A stretch of 62,916 nucleotides of DNA, filler included, from Octopus bimaculoides (lineage: Eukaryota), in the NCBI RefSeq assembly GCF_001194135.2. It is 3 parts of 3 records of this genome, joined end to end, with 100 filler letters (N's around TTAATTAATTAA, not from the genome) between each part and the next. Parts side by side here need not be neighbours in the genome. Positions count along the whole stretch, not along the records: positions 1 to 31,236 come from NC_068987.1; positions 31,337 to 46,432 come from NC_069005.1; 1 more part is not named here. One strand, 5' to 3'. Below are positions 26,931-40,489 of this stretch, piece by piece. Numbering within the stretch: the stretch's first letter is position 1; each line of letters begins with the position of its first letter. The notes under the pieces are model-generated. The model did no database searches, was not told the DNA's origin, and saw nothing but the letters and a program-made list of their open reading frames with translations. The position numbers and the translations under genes are program-made.

Positions 26931-27920
26931 ATATGTTGGTGAAATTCCAACGAAAAATAAATGTAGTACCATCGTTTCGAAATGCTTTAGTGGTAGTTTA
27001 TCACCATACTCTCCGATAGTAATTAGCCAACATTATTTTCGCTGTCTTTGCCTGATGTTTTCTAAATTTTTAACCAGTAAGATCGACCGGAAAGGCAACT
27101 TCCTCATATCCTAAACACATAAAGAAAACAAACTAAAATAGCATTGTTTCTTCTATTGGTTACTTCCCAAAGTACCCACTGTATCATTGTCTCGGCAATA
27201 GCCCGTCTCAATTTTAGCTCTCTTCTTGGCGACAGCAGTTCCTCTCAGTCAGTTACTCACTCACTCACTCACTCACTCACTTAATCAGTCAGTCACTCAG
27301 TCAGTCAGTCAGTCAGTCACTCACTCACTCACTGTCTCTCCATCTCCTCTCTCCTCTCTCTCTTATTTCCTTACCACGATATATTTTTTTCTTTCTCCAC
27401 CTAGCACAGCAGCGTACATTCCAATTGTCTTTCACATTAGTTGCGAATCTCACTTCCTCAAACATCACACCTCCTCATTCCTCTCACATCACCTTTTCTT
27501 TTATTATTATTTTTTATTCATCTATCTGCTCACACATCCCATATACACACATTTAATTTTATATATTATGATATGACTAAATCTATTTTCTGATTAGATT
27601 TGATGCAATTTACATTCTATTTGATTATTTTTTCACAAAATAATTTCATCAGATTTCTTTGGTTACTCATAGTTTAAAGAGCAGAAACACGTGCGCGCGC
27701 GCACTCACACAAGCACACATACACACGTACACACATACAAATACACACACACATGCACATGCACAGATGCACACACCCACATACACATAACAGGCACAGA
27801 CATTGCTACTTGGTTAACAAGTTCGCTTTGACATGAATTTTCTGTCGTGTTTTCGTGTTGACCAATGCCAGTATTGGAATTTGGGAGGACCCTGTAGAGG
27901 AGCTCACGTATGTGTGTGTG

Positions 27921-27961
<41 letters not shown>

Positions 27962-28309
27962 NNNNNNNNNNNNNNNNNNNNNNNNNNNNNNNNNNNNNNN
28001 NNNNNNNNNNNNNNNNNNNNNNNNNNNNNNNNNNNNNNNNNNNNNNNNNNNNNNNNNNNNNNNNNNNNNNNNNNNNNNNNNNNNNNNNNNNNNNNNNNNN
28101 NNNNNNNNNNNNNNNNNNNNNNNNNNNNNNNNNNNNNNNNNNNNNNNNNNNNNNNNNNNNNNNNNNNNNNNNNNNNNNNNNNNNNNNNNNNNNNNNNNNN
28201 NNNNNNNNNNNNNNNNNNNNNNNNNNNNNNNNNNNNNNNNNNNNNNNNNNNNNNNNNNNNNNNNNNNNNNNNNNNNNNNNNCCCCCACAACCATCTCTTA
28301 TATATGTAT

Positions 28310-28500
28310 GTGTATTGTTGAAATTTACGGAAAAACAAAAGACGAAGCCAGGTGTATAAACAATAAGCAGTTGTGTTAGTTTGACGCTCGGGAAGGTGAT
28401 GAAGTCTTTTACATTTCGATCCTATGCTCTTCAACAGAAAGGAATACGAGAAAATAAACGCAGAGAGAATAAAAATAACTTGTGGATTTAGCTGTCAATC
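28310..28500 (-). mobile_element. ~190-bp non-autonomous dispersed element with hammerhead-like motif, TA-flanked
   Basis: Homologous to 43258-43450 (GTTGAAGAGC..CGAAA..TTCCCGAGCGT.AAACTAA..CTTCGTCT..CGTAAATT). Both copies are bounded by TA-rich microsatellites. Confidence 0.75.
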
Positions 28501-28544
28501 ATATATATATATATATATATATATGATTGACAGCTAAATCCACA
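28481..28544. repeat. Perfect 64-bp palindrome centred on (AT)12
   Basis: TGTGGATTTAGCTGTCAATC-(AT)12-GATTGACAGCTAAATCCACA. Confidence 0.95.
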
Positions 28545-30067
28545 TATATAATATATATATATAATACAAAATGGGACAAGAACGCAAAACATCTAGGCAG
28601 TTAGGTGATACAAGAAAGGGACAACAAAACATCCAGATAGACGATGCAAAGAAAACAAGGACAGGTCATTCGGATCTTTCTTTCCTCAGTCGAGTTCCAG
28701 ATTATCTTTGCAATTTCGGGTGGTTGTGCACACACAAAATGACACACATACCTGGCACACATACGCACGCACACATAAACACACACATACACACCCCTCA
28801 CATACATAAAACCACACACACACACACATACACAACACACATACACATATACACACATGCACACATACACATATACACACATGCACACACGCACACACAC
28901 CTCTCACATACACAATACTCACTCACATACATAACACACACGCACGCACGAAAACATACACAATATACACATACACGCACGCACAAAAAATATACACACA
29001 CGCGCACACGGAAACACACATACGGACACACATAAACGCACACACACCCGTACCTAACACTCACAATCCCACACACACNNNNNNNNNNNNNNNNNNNNNN
29101 NNNNNNNNNNNNNNNNNNNNNNNNNNNNNNNNNNNNNNNNNNNNNNNNNNNNNNNNNNNNNNNNNNNNNNNNNNNNNNNNNNNNNNNNNNNNNNNNNNNN
29201 NNNNNNNNNNNNNNNNNNNNNNNNNNNNNNNNNNNNNNNNNNNNNNNNNNNNNNNNNNNNNNNNNNNNNNNNNNNNNNNNNNNNNNNNNNNNNNNNNNNN
29301 NNNNNNNNNNNNNNNNNNNNNNNNNNNNNNNNNNNNNNNNNNNNNNNNNNNNNNNNNNNNNNNNNNNNNNNNNNNNNNNNNNNNNNNNNNNNNNNNNNNN
29401 NNNNNNNNNNNNNNNNNNNNNNNNNNNNNNNNNNNNNNNNNNNNNNNNNNNNNNNNNNNNNNNNNNNNNNNNNNNNNNNNNNNNNNNNNNNNNNNNNNNN
29501 NNNNNNNNNNNNNNNNNNNNNNNNNNNNNNNNNNNNNNNNNNNNNNNNNNNNNNNNNNNNNNNNNNNNNNNNNNNNNNNNNNNNNNNNNNNNNNNNNNNN
29601 NNNNNNNNNNNNNNNNNNNNNNNNNNNNNNNNNNNNNNNNNNNNNNNNNNNNNNNNNNNNNNNNNNNNNNNNNNNNNNNNNNNNNNNNNNNNNNNNNNNN
29701 NNNNNNNNNNNNNNNNNNNNNNNNNNNNNNNNNNNNNNNNNNNNNNNNNNNNNNNNNNNNNNNNNNNNNNNNNNNNNNNNNNNNNNNNNNNNNNNNNNNN
29801 NNNNNNNNNNNNNNNNNNNNNNNNNNNNNNNNNNNNNNNNNNNNNNNNNNNNNNNNNNNNNNNNNNNNNNNNNNNNNNNNNNNNNNNNNNNNNNNNNNNN
29901 NNNNNNNNNNNNNNNNNNNNNNNNNNNNNNNNNNNNNNNNNNNNNNNNNNNNNNNNNNNNNNNNNNNNNNNNNNNNNNNNNNNNNNNNNNNNNNNNNNNN
30001 NNNNNNNNNNNNNNNNNNNNNNNNNNNNNNNNNNNNNNNNNNNNNNNNNNNNNNNNNNNNNNNNNNN

Positions 30068-30100
<33 letters not shown>

Positions 30101-30504
30101 CTCTTAACTCTTCTGACTGAAGCCTTTACTTTCTCTAAAAGGAAAAACAAACAAGTCTTTCTACTCACTTCTTGACTATTTAACAATATTACTTTCGCTC
30201 TGCCTCTGTGCTTCTATAGATTTGTCTTCCTGCCTGTCTGCCTGTCTGTCTGTCCATTCGGTTTGTCTGATAATCTGTCCGCCTGATTGTCTGTCTATCT
30301 GTCCTGTCTGTCCCTCTGCACGTCTGTGTGTCTGTCTGACCGCTGAAGTATTCTTGATATCGTTCCGTCAAGTCGATAAAGGAAAGCAGTCAATCAGGTG
30401 TACACGACAGTGTAATAAAAGCAATTACGGTAATAATTTGCAATGCTTTCATGCTTTCAAGAGCAGAACACTCGGAACATTTGTCAATATTTCCCAATTT
30501 TGTC

Positions 30505-30531
30505 TCACAATTATGATTATTATTATTATTG

Positions 30532-30566
<35 letters not shown>

Positions 30567-30754
30567 GTTGTTGTTGTTGTTGTCGTTGGTGGTAGCGATG
30601 GTTGGAATGGCGGTGATGAAATCGATGTTGATGTTGGTACCGATGCTGCTGTTAATGGTACTGATGATGTTGTTTTTGTTGCTGTTGTTGTTGATGATGA
30701 TAAAGAAGTCGGTGTTTATTATTATTATTACTATTATTATTATTAATTATTATT

Positions 30755-30787
<33 letters not shown>

Positions 30788-31180
30788 GTCATCATTATTA
30801 TTATTATTATTATTATTGTTGTTGTTGTTGTTGTTGTTGTTGTTAATGTATTTGTTACTGTTGTTGATGCTGACGGTAATGGTGATACCGATGTTAATGG
30901 TAATAGCTTTGTCGATGTTGTTGATGGTGCTATTAGCGTCTGCGTTGTTGACGTATTTTCGCTGTTTTTCGACAACAGTAACATTGACACAAGCAACAAG
31001 AATAATTATTGCTATAAACGTAATAAGTTTTGTCATCATCATCATTATCATCATCATCATCATCATCATTACTATTGTTGTTGTTCTTGATGTTGTTATT
31101 AATTATAAAAGTGATAATTTCGCTTCTTTCTGTTGTTAATGTAGTTAATGCAAGAAACAACAGAACAAGAACAATTAATG

Positions 31181-31236
<56 letters not shown>
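30505..31236. repeat. Compound trinucleotide region (ATT/GTT/CAT/ACT)
   Basis: Direct reading. Confidence 0.92.
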
Positions 31237-31336
31237 NNNNNNNNNNNNNNNNNNNNNNNNNNNNNNNNNNNNNNNNNNNNTTAATTAATTAANNNNNNNN
31301 NNNNNNNNNNNNNNNNNNNNNNNNNNNNNNNNNNNN
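31237..31336. other. Synthetic scaffold-join linker N44-TTAATTAATTAA-N44
   Basis: Exactly 100 bp. The 12-mer has stops in all six frames; an identical construct is at 46433-46532. Confidence 0.9.
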
Positions 31337-32845
31337 TATATATATGTATGTATGTATGTATTATGTATTTATAGATCTATACCAAAATTTGGTAAAAATA
31401 TTGTATCTGTTATCAACGTAGCAAAATTCTCACATGTAAGGTTGTTAATCGTACAATTTTGTGTGCATATCAATTTAAATAAGAGCTAAAAGACGATCCA
31501 TTGTAAAAACTTTATTATGACCTATGATCATTTCGATGCAATATCCCGACTAACTCATGCATATTATAAAATATGGAATATTGTATCTCTTCAGGGTCAG
31601 ATTTGATTAATTCATAGCAGACAGTAAAAAACAGACAACATTAATAGTTGTCCTAAAATTACATGTTTAAACAGGTTGAAAAGACATGAAACATATTGAG
31701 ATAGAATATCTGTCATGAAAACCGTTACAAAGCAAAGTAAGTGAGAAGTGTTGTTAAGTTAGGATATTAGCCTAGGATGTTAAGTAGTGAACGAGTAAGG
31801 GATGCTGTAATTTTCATAAAAAACTGTTGGACTTTTGAAAGTAAATAAAACAAAGAAGGAAGAAAATAAACTGCTATATATTTAAAATATAAAAAATATT
31901 TTTACAAGTTAATGGTCAAAGAGAGGTAAATCTAATAAATAATGCTTATGTATAATATAATATAATCTACTCAAATGTACATAATCTAAACAAAAAATTA
32001 TATTAATTTAAGATTTAAGATTTAGAACAGTAATGAAACTTTATATGGTTATGTAAACCGGATAGATTAGAGAATATAAATTGTAAAACATGAAAAATAA
32101 TAAGTAAAAAAATATATAAATTAGGTTACATTCATATTGCTGGTATAAAAATTATAAATAATGAATAAAAATAAGTGAAATGGATTAGGTTACTTTCAGA
32201 TTGCAGCTAACAAATTTTAAGAAAAATTGAAATAAATTAACTTAGTAATGGGGTTTAAATACAATATTAAAAGTAATATCAAAAGAAGTAGTGGATCTAA
32301 TCGATAGCGTAAAATGTAAACAAATATTACGGTATAATCGTAAATAACTCACATATAAATGAATATAACTGAAAAATTAAGTAATTTTTATGATGTAAAG
32401 TAACTAGCTGAAAAATGACACCATTATATCAAATAATTCAATAGATACTTAGGAACAAAAATTCAACTCACTTAAGAAATTTTTTTAACTGTACTATATT
32501 ANNNNNNNNNNTTCAATAGATACTTAGGAACAAAAATTCAACTCACTTAAGAAATTTTTTTAACTGTACTATATTATGAAAAAGAAATAATAGATTCAGA
32601 GTTAACCATGTAAGACTTAAATTCATGGTCAAAGAGAGGTAAATCTAGCAAAATAATATATATGTGTTTTTAGAGAATCTAAATGAATCAGTCAATGTTA
32701 TTGATCCTATCACATTGTTATATTGATTTTGATTTTTTTTTTAATTATAATCTTATAGAGACCAATAAAGGTTATGTAATCAAGATAAATAAGAGATTAT
32801 AAATTATAAATTACAAAGTAAAACTAAATTAGGTTACACTCTGGA

Positions 32846-35370
32846 AGATGCAGAACACTTGCTCGTGATGTTCAGCCTCTCTGCGCTCTTCCTTCTGCCT
32901 TCCCTTTCAAAAAAGGGTGTATTCACCTCCTCCTTTCTCATCACCTTCTATACAAGTCTCTGAAAGTGCAGCTATATCAGTGTTATAGCGGTTCAGCTCG
33001 CGAGCAAACAAGTACAGTGCGTCTTTCATGCCTACAATCACTCTTGTTGTCCAAACAGAGTGAGCACATTCCAACATGAAACGTTCAAGTGCCATCCAGA
33101 TTTTGTAAATGATATATGATGCAAGATATATTATGCTGCGTTGAGGAAAGAGCTTCAGCATTGTCCAGCATTGAAAATACTGCAGCATGGGAGGATTTTT
33201 GATACCAGGTTCTTCAATGTGCTGCTGAAACACTGGGATATGCTATTGCCAGACACAGAGGCTGGTTTGATGAAAATGGTGCTGAAGTTCAGCGACTATT
33301 GGCTGTAAAGCGCCATGTACACAATGTATTGCTGCAAAGAGGATTTTCAGCTGTGCAGAGAAATGTAGCAATTGCCCACTATAGCAGTGTAAAATCACTA
33401 CTGCAGCGATCTCTAAGGCAGATGCAGAACACTTGGTGGGAGGATCTTGCTCGTGATGTTCAGGCTGCTGCTGATACAAATGACAGCAAGAAGCTTTACC
33501 ATCTTATGAAGCAAGTTTATTGGGCCTAAGAGCTCCGCATCAGCTCCTTTGCTTTCCAAGGAGTCTTCTACTCTATTTACTAAATCAACAGAAATCACAG
33601 GTCGCTGGATTGAACACCTCACTGAACTCCTAAACCATGAGTCAGTTGTGTGGATGAAACAGTGATTGATACTATACCACAAAGACCTATCATTGGCTCC
33701 TTAAATTCTACGCCTTCAATAGATGAGGTAATGACATTAATAAGTGGTGATTACATCATACAGTCCCTTCATGAACTTATTAGTGCAGTCTGGAAGGATG
33801 GGGCAATGCCTAAGGACTGGAAGGATGCAATTATTATTCCTCTCTATAAAGGAAAAGGAGCCAGAACAATGTGTGATAACTACAGAGGTATTATTCTACT
33901 ATCAGCTGCTGGCAAGGTTCTGGCAAATATTGTTTTTACCCGCCTGAATGGGTGTCTCGTAAATGATGTCCTATCTGAATCTCAATGTGGCTTCCGATCT
34001 GGTAGATATGATTTTCACAGCAAGACAGATGAAGAAGTGCTATGAGCAGAATATGGATCTTGTCCAGGTATTCATTGATTTAATGAAGGCCTGTGAATAG
34101 GGCCTTGTTATGGAAAATGCTTGGCAAACTTATATGTCCAGGTCACTTTGCATCTATATTTAAATCATTTCATGATGAGATGGAGGCTTGGGTCGATGTT
34201 GGTGATGGCATGGCGGGACCCATTCCTGTAGAGAATGGTGTCAAACAGGGTGACATACTTGCCCCAGCTCTCTTCTTTTTTTACTTTGCTGCTGTTTTTA
34301 CTCATGTTTTTGCTAAGGTTAGCTCTCTGGGAATATATGTCATGTATCCATTTTCTGGCCGCCTCTTTAATCTTCGCCGATTTGCTGCCAATTCAAAGGT
34401 TCTCCAGTCTATTATTCGTGACCTCCTTTATGCAGAAAACTGTGACTTAATCACTCATACAGTGGATGACATGCAAATACTTACGAATCGTATTTCTGCG
34501 TCTTGCAAGTCATTTGGACTCAGCATTAGCTAGGACAAGACTGTTGTAATGTTCCAGCCTGCACCATTTGGAACCAGCTATCTTGGTTGAACGATTCTGA
34601 AAGTGGTTGACAAGTTGCTCCCTGGATGATGAAATATCTTTCAGGCTGCAGAGAGCAGCTGATCCCTTCCGGTCTTTTCAGTCTCGTGTCTGGTCCCAGC
34701 ATGGTATCACAAAGCAAACAAAAATTGCTGTGTACCATGTATGTGTACTAACATCGTTCCTTTACTCATGTGAGACATGGACCCGTTACAAACGTCATGT
34801 AAGAGTCCTTGGACGCTTTCATCAGAGACGTCTGAGACACATTCTGAATGTTGGCTTAAAAACTCCAGACACACAGGTCATGAGGACAGCTGATATCTTG
34901 AGTATTGAGGCGATGGTGCACAAACACCGGTTATGTTGGACTGGACACCTTATTAGAATGAAGGATCGCAGGATTCCTAAGCAGATGTTATATGGGGAAC
35001 TTATGAATGGAAAGAGACCTCGGCAGAAAACAAGGGTGCGATTTAAGAACTACTTCAAGTCCTCATTAAAGGCCTGGGAGAGCAATGCATGTCATCGCCA
35101 CAGATGGAGGAAGCAGGTTAAGGAGAGGGTCGACACCTTTGAGAGAGCGCGTATCCAGCATGAAGAACTTAAGCGTGCTGCTCGAAAGCGCACTGCTGGT
35201 ATAGTAAATGGGTAAAGCTTGGTTTGCAATGTTTGCAGTCGTGTATGCAATGTTTGCAGAGCTCATTAGCCACCAACGGAGCCGAAAATGCAAAATATAA
35301 GTTAGTCCTAGAGCGCACAATGTTCCTGAGGGTCAGCAATGGTCTTTCTCGGTTACGAGTGGACGGCCAT
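32846..35370 (+). mobile_element. RTE-clade LINE, decayed, with inverted 5' segment
   Basis: Plus-strand pieces: WFDEN..MQNTWWEDLA, DWKDAIIIPLYKGKG..NYRGIILLS..GKVLA, ESQCGFR, GVKQGDILAP, DLLYAENC (YADD decayed), LYSCETW, RIPKQMLYGEL. The APE N-terminus (WNVLTL..ARELNRYNTDIAALSET) is on the minus strand at 32876-33105. Confidence 0.95.
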
Positions 35371-35574
35371 CATGTATGTATGTATGTATGTATGTATGTA
35401 TGTATGTATGCATGCATGTATGTGTATATAAGTCTTCAGTAAAAAAAAATCGTTCTTATGTACCTATGCAGCACCATCCAGCAGAAGTTATGCCAGTTGC
35501 AGTTCTCATGGCTGAACAACATGTTTGCCGATAAGATTCATGGCACGCTGATAGCTGTAATATAAAAAAAACTT

Positions 35575-37155
35575 ACACAATAGCCTGAAAGAAGTCTATG
35601 GCCACCTCAACCTCATCTCCCTTCATCTCCTATCCTGGGGCAATATTAATCACTGACAAAGCAAACATTCTCGAAAGGTGGGCTGAACATTTTGTCGGTG
35701 TACTGAATCGTCAATGATAAAGTCATTTACAAGCTCCCTTAGGTTCCGAATGATATAACGCTGGATGCCATACCAAATTTAGAATTACAAAATGCAATAT
35801 GTCTGCTATCCAATGGCAAAGCACCTGGCTCTGACTCCATCCCTGCTAAGAGCAACAAAGGAGATGGATTAACCTTGACTGAGAAGCTTCACGAACTTTT
35901 CTAATTTATTTGGCAGTATGAGATTGTTCCTTAGAACTTCAAGCAGACATCCATCTTCCACCTTTACAAACACAAATGATACTGTCAGATCTGAAATATC
36001 CATCATGGAATTTCTTAGACTTTTTGTTGCAGGTAAGATTCAGGCCACAGTCTTGCTCGACCGCTTTATTGACCACCTTGTGCAGAATTTCCTACCTGAG
36101 AGTCAACGTGGCTTCCGGGAAAAAACGTAGGACCTGCAACATTGTGTTATTTGCGAGACAAGAGAAATTCCAAGAACAGAATTCCGACTTGTAATCTGAC
36201 CAAGGTTTTTGACACAAAGTAAAGGTCTTTGAATAGTTACAGCAAAGTATAGATGCTCCATAAAATTCATCATTATCGCACGACAGCTACACGGTGGAAT
36301 GCCAAACCTCAAAACGGCAGGGAAAGAGAACCATTCTCCCAAAGTTGTCCTTGCTCCTCCATTGTTCATCATAATGTTTTCAAATTGCTGACAAAAGCCT
36401 TCAAAACTTACGGTAACATAGGAAAGTATCATATTTGACTTATTGCAAATCTTTTGGATAAGCACTCCGCGAAGTCACAGACTAAATACACTAAACAACC
36501 TTCTTTTAAATAACTATAAATAATTTTCTTTTAAGAATATTTTTTCAGATATCCATGTTTAAAATAATGCGATTCCAGTCTTGCAAAATATGATACACTG
36601 ATTCTTCAATCTTCAACCTCTGGAGGCTTTAAGTAGAATCCAATGTTTTAACTGACAGCGTTTCTGTTTACCGATGAAAATGCCTGCAACGCTACCTCAG
36701 AGTCTGACATACCATACAATATTGACAAGTTCTCTGATATCGGTAACAATTTCTGTTTGACAATCAGTACAAAGAATACAAAAAGTAATGCATCAACCAC
36801 ACCCATGAAAGACATACATTGAGCCCAACATCTTCGTCAGCGAACAACGACTTAATGCGGTGAACTAGTTTACCTACCTAGGTAAGAACAGGTAGGCACT
36901 CCTGAACTGTCCTCATTGATGACGAAGTAAATGCTGGAACTGCCGAGGCTGGTGCTGCATTAGGCAGACTCCACGAGAACTTACAGAACGGGAATAGCAT
37001 CACTCTAAAGGAAAAAATCGCGTTTTACAAGGCCGTAGTTCTTACCGCACTGCTAAATAGCAATGAAGTTTGGACTGTCTACCAGAGGTATGCAAAGCGC
37101 TGAACAACTTCCATACCACTCGCCTCAGAAAAATTCTTGGTATTAAGAGACAAAA
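35575..37155 (+). mobile_element. Second, older RTE-clade LINE fragment (RT region)
   Basis: LKEVYG, ITDKANILERWAEHF, NGKAPGSDSIP, LPESQRGFR, FTYLG, IDDEVNA, YKAVVLTALL, LRKILGIK in shifting frames. Interrupted at about 36390-36660. Confidence 0.88.
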
Positions 37156-37984
37156 TCATATTTAAAAATAAATGTTACCTCCTGTTACACAACCATTTCT
37201 TATGTGCTTTTAATAGAATTCTTTCTGCTACAATCATTAAGGGTCGGCTATCCACTCTGATGAAAACTTCGTTCCACAATACTTGTAGGTTTTGCTTTAA
37301 AAAAGAGGCTTGGCCGTAATATTTTATCCCTTCACTAAGCAATAAAAGCACTTATAAGATCTCAGTTCACAGATCCCTCTATTTCCGATAATACTTCAGG
37401 ACGTAAATGTCTCATAAAACTGGGAGTAATGATGCTGGCGGTACCAGGAGTAGATGTGTTGGTGGTGGTGTCTGATGGTGATAATGGTGGGGGTGGGTGA
37501 TCGTGGTCGTGATCATGGCCGAGGTGATGCTGGTGGTGCTGATGCTAGAAGTCCTGGTTCAGGTTGTGGTGCTGGTGTTAGAAGCTGGTTGAGCAGCTAG
37601 AGGTAATGATGGTGAACGTGGTGGTGACAATGGTAATGGTGGTGGATGCAGTGATTATAACGATATTGCTGATTCTTTACTACTGATGCCGATAATTGTG
37701 GTGGTGGTGGTGTTGGTGGTGGTGTTGGTGGTGGTTTTTGTGTTGGTTATAGTAGGAAGTGACAGCAATGCCCACCAGCTGTAAGAATGAAGGTAACATT
37801 CTCATATATAAATAGTTTCTACTTTATACTTCATTACGTTAGAGAGTGCGTCCCTCTGTATACGTCACTAACCTGTAATTAAAACATATATATGTGCGTG
37901 TGTGTGTATAATATTATATATACACATATAAACATATATACATATATATATACGTATATACATATTCATAATAATTATATATAT

Positions 37985-38033
<49 letters not shown>

Positions 38034-38345
38034 CATATATATATACACATAGATATACATATATACATACACATGCACACAGGCACATACAACACACACA
38101 CACACGCACACACACACACACACATATATAAATATGTGTGTAAATATACATATATATATACATATATATGTGTGTGTGTGTGTGTGTGTAAAGGTGATGG
38201 GAAGTTGCGGGAAAGAACGTGCATTGCACATCTGAAGTGTTTTACTTCAGTGCATCTACATACGACTCATACACGCCCTCCTCCTCCTACGCTGAGTTCC
38301 TTTCGTCTATTGTGCTAATAAACACACATACATATATATTTCTGT

Positions 38346-38381
<36 letters not shown>

Positions 38382-38501
38382 CGATGGTGGGGTACAAATA
38401 TAGACACATATATATTCATATATAAATATATATATACATACATATGTATACATATATGCATATATATATATATANNNNNNNNNNNNNNNNNNNNNNNNNN
38501 N

Positions 38502-40489
38502 TATCTGTAAAAATATGTGACACTTATTCAGTAACCATGATAAAACTCCGAGTTTCGGATGCCAGGGTGGGAGCCCACGCCAACATCTCTTCAGTTATCC
38601 GGCCAATTGAAAATTCCTATGAAAAATGACAGTTAAAAACAAAAAGAGGAAATTACTGTGTAGTGACAAGGTCAAAACGCGTCTAAAACTGCGTATATTA
38701 TCGCATGCACGCATATATCGATATACGCACGCACATATCGATATACGCACGCACATATCTCTATATACGCACGCATATATCTATATACGCACGCATCCAC
38801 GCGCACACTCACAAGCGCGCACATATAAAGTTCCCTGTACGTGTCTATAAGCGTACAGGAAAAAAGTTTGGAGGGGAGAGAATAGAAAAATATGTGTAAA
38901 AATACAAAAACATAAAAATTTAAAATATTAAAAAATATAAAAATATAAAATCCAGGTAAAAAAGGTGAAAAGCTTATACATAGACACAATATATAAACCT
39001 ATCAGTACAGTCCCATCAGCAAGTCCTATCAGTAAAAATATTAAAAAATATTTTTTAAATATATAAGGAATGTAAGTAATAATTATAGAGATATAAAAAG
39101 CTTATAGATAGACACAAAAATAGAAAGCAAGTCCAATCAGTAAACTCAGGGGGACCAAAAACGTAGCAAATATTTGGCCACATGTGGACATGATCCGAAA
39201 AGTTCAGTCTTTGAATTTAGACATGTGGTGGGGTCTAAGCTGCCTTTCCAGATGAGCCATCTTTCCATATCACATAGACCGCACCTTCTGCTGCCGCTGG
39301 TGTAAGGTTTACACTTGGCTAGGATCTTCCAATGGATGTTGTAACTGACACCTTTATCTTTTAAAGACCATATACAACTGGATAATTTTGTCGTTTTTCT
39401 TTTGTCCCAGTACCTAAAACTCAAAGATTGATTATGGAATCTGGCCTTGAAATTACCCTCCGTGAGTCTCACGTATTTCTTCGTGGAAACTGCGTCCTTA
39501 GTGGATACAGAATCTACGGTGGCTTCATAAATGATGGTTTCGGACATGCAAGCTCCATTTAGCGGGCACAAATTTTTATCTCTGCATGAACAGCTGGCTT
39601 CATATTGCGGCTTTTGTGTGTTATGTGCGATTATGTTCTTAAAATTAGCAGTTGAGCTGAAACTGATTTTTAAGTTATGTCTGTTGAAGATCTTTCTATA
39701 ATTATGGTTAACTGGAAACTGTTTGTCTATCAATGCCAAGAAATATCTAACCTATGTTAAAGGTCACTTCAGGTGAGTAGGGGTGTGTGAACCAGATAAT
39801 TTTCCTACTCCTATGCTTTCTTCTTTTTGCTACTGGACTGGTGGTAGGTGTATAGGTTATTCCCTCGTTAAAACCACTGTCTTTTAGAGCCTTATATACT
39901 GGGGCAACGCTATTGAAAATGTCCTTATCAGAGGAGAGGCTAGAGATTCTTTTACTAATGTTCTTAACTAAATTTNNNNNNNNNNAAATGTCCTTATCAG
40001 AGGAGAGGCTAGAGATTCTTTTACTAATGTTCTTAACTAAATTTCTAAACACTATGGGGGGGGGGCAGGAACCCACATTGATGTAACTAAGTCTATTGTT
40101 GGGCTTCCTATAAGGTTTATAAATATTCTTATTTAGATCTAGGGACACATTTAAGTAGTTGACAACCGTCAGGTTGGTATCTGTAGTTATGCTAAGACCG
40201 AAGGTTTTCATCAAATGAATAATATTCTTTCTGAATCTATCCTGTGCTGGTCTATTTGTATTAGTGGTTAAAGCTAGGCCATCATCTTTATAAATTGCGA
40301 AGTGTACGTCAGGAAAGGTCTTGCACAACGCATCTAGTAGGAATAGTCCAATAAGATCGCATATGCCTGCTCCATCATATGACCCCATGCTGTATCGGTA
40401 GTCTTGACCCACTCTGTGTTCTCGCTGAAGAGTAAAGTATTTCTAGCATGGAAGATTATGTCCTTATCCTGTGTACTGATTTCTATAAA
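38502..40489 (-). mobile_element. Penelope-like element (RT + C-terminal GIY-YIG, MGSYDG type, possibly Nematis-like), 5' end in gap
   Basis: RT: MGSYDGAGICDLIG, YKDDGL, VNYLNVSLDL, IIWF. Linker: CSCRDKNLCPLNGAC. Endonuclease: IIYEATV..KYVRLTEGNFKARF, CGLC. Frameshift near 39745. ~600-nt 3' region ending with a hammerhead. Confidence 0.93.
38539..38599 (-). ncRNA. Type I hammerhead ribozyme (predicted) in PLE 3' region
   Basis: GAUAA-CUGAAGA-G[long stem II, 1-nt bulge]C-GAAA-CU(CGG)AG-UU^-UUAUC: 5-bp stem I, intact core, GUU cleavage triplet. Confidence 0.8.

Noticed and set aside
31281-31292. TTAATTAATTAA islands inside gaps (also 46477-46488)
   Set aside because: Identical N44-12mer-N44 construct; an assembly linker, not biology. 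Adjacency across it is unverified.
39916-40045. Tandem ~55-bp duplications around 10-N gaps (also 32453-32575)
   Set aside because: Exact overlap on both sides of a token gap is an unmerged contig overlap.
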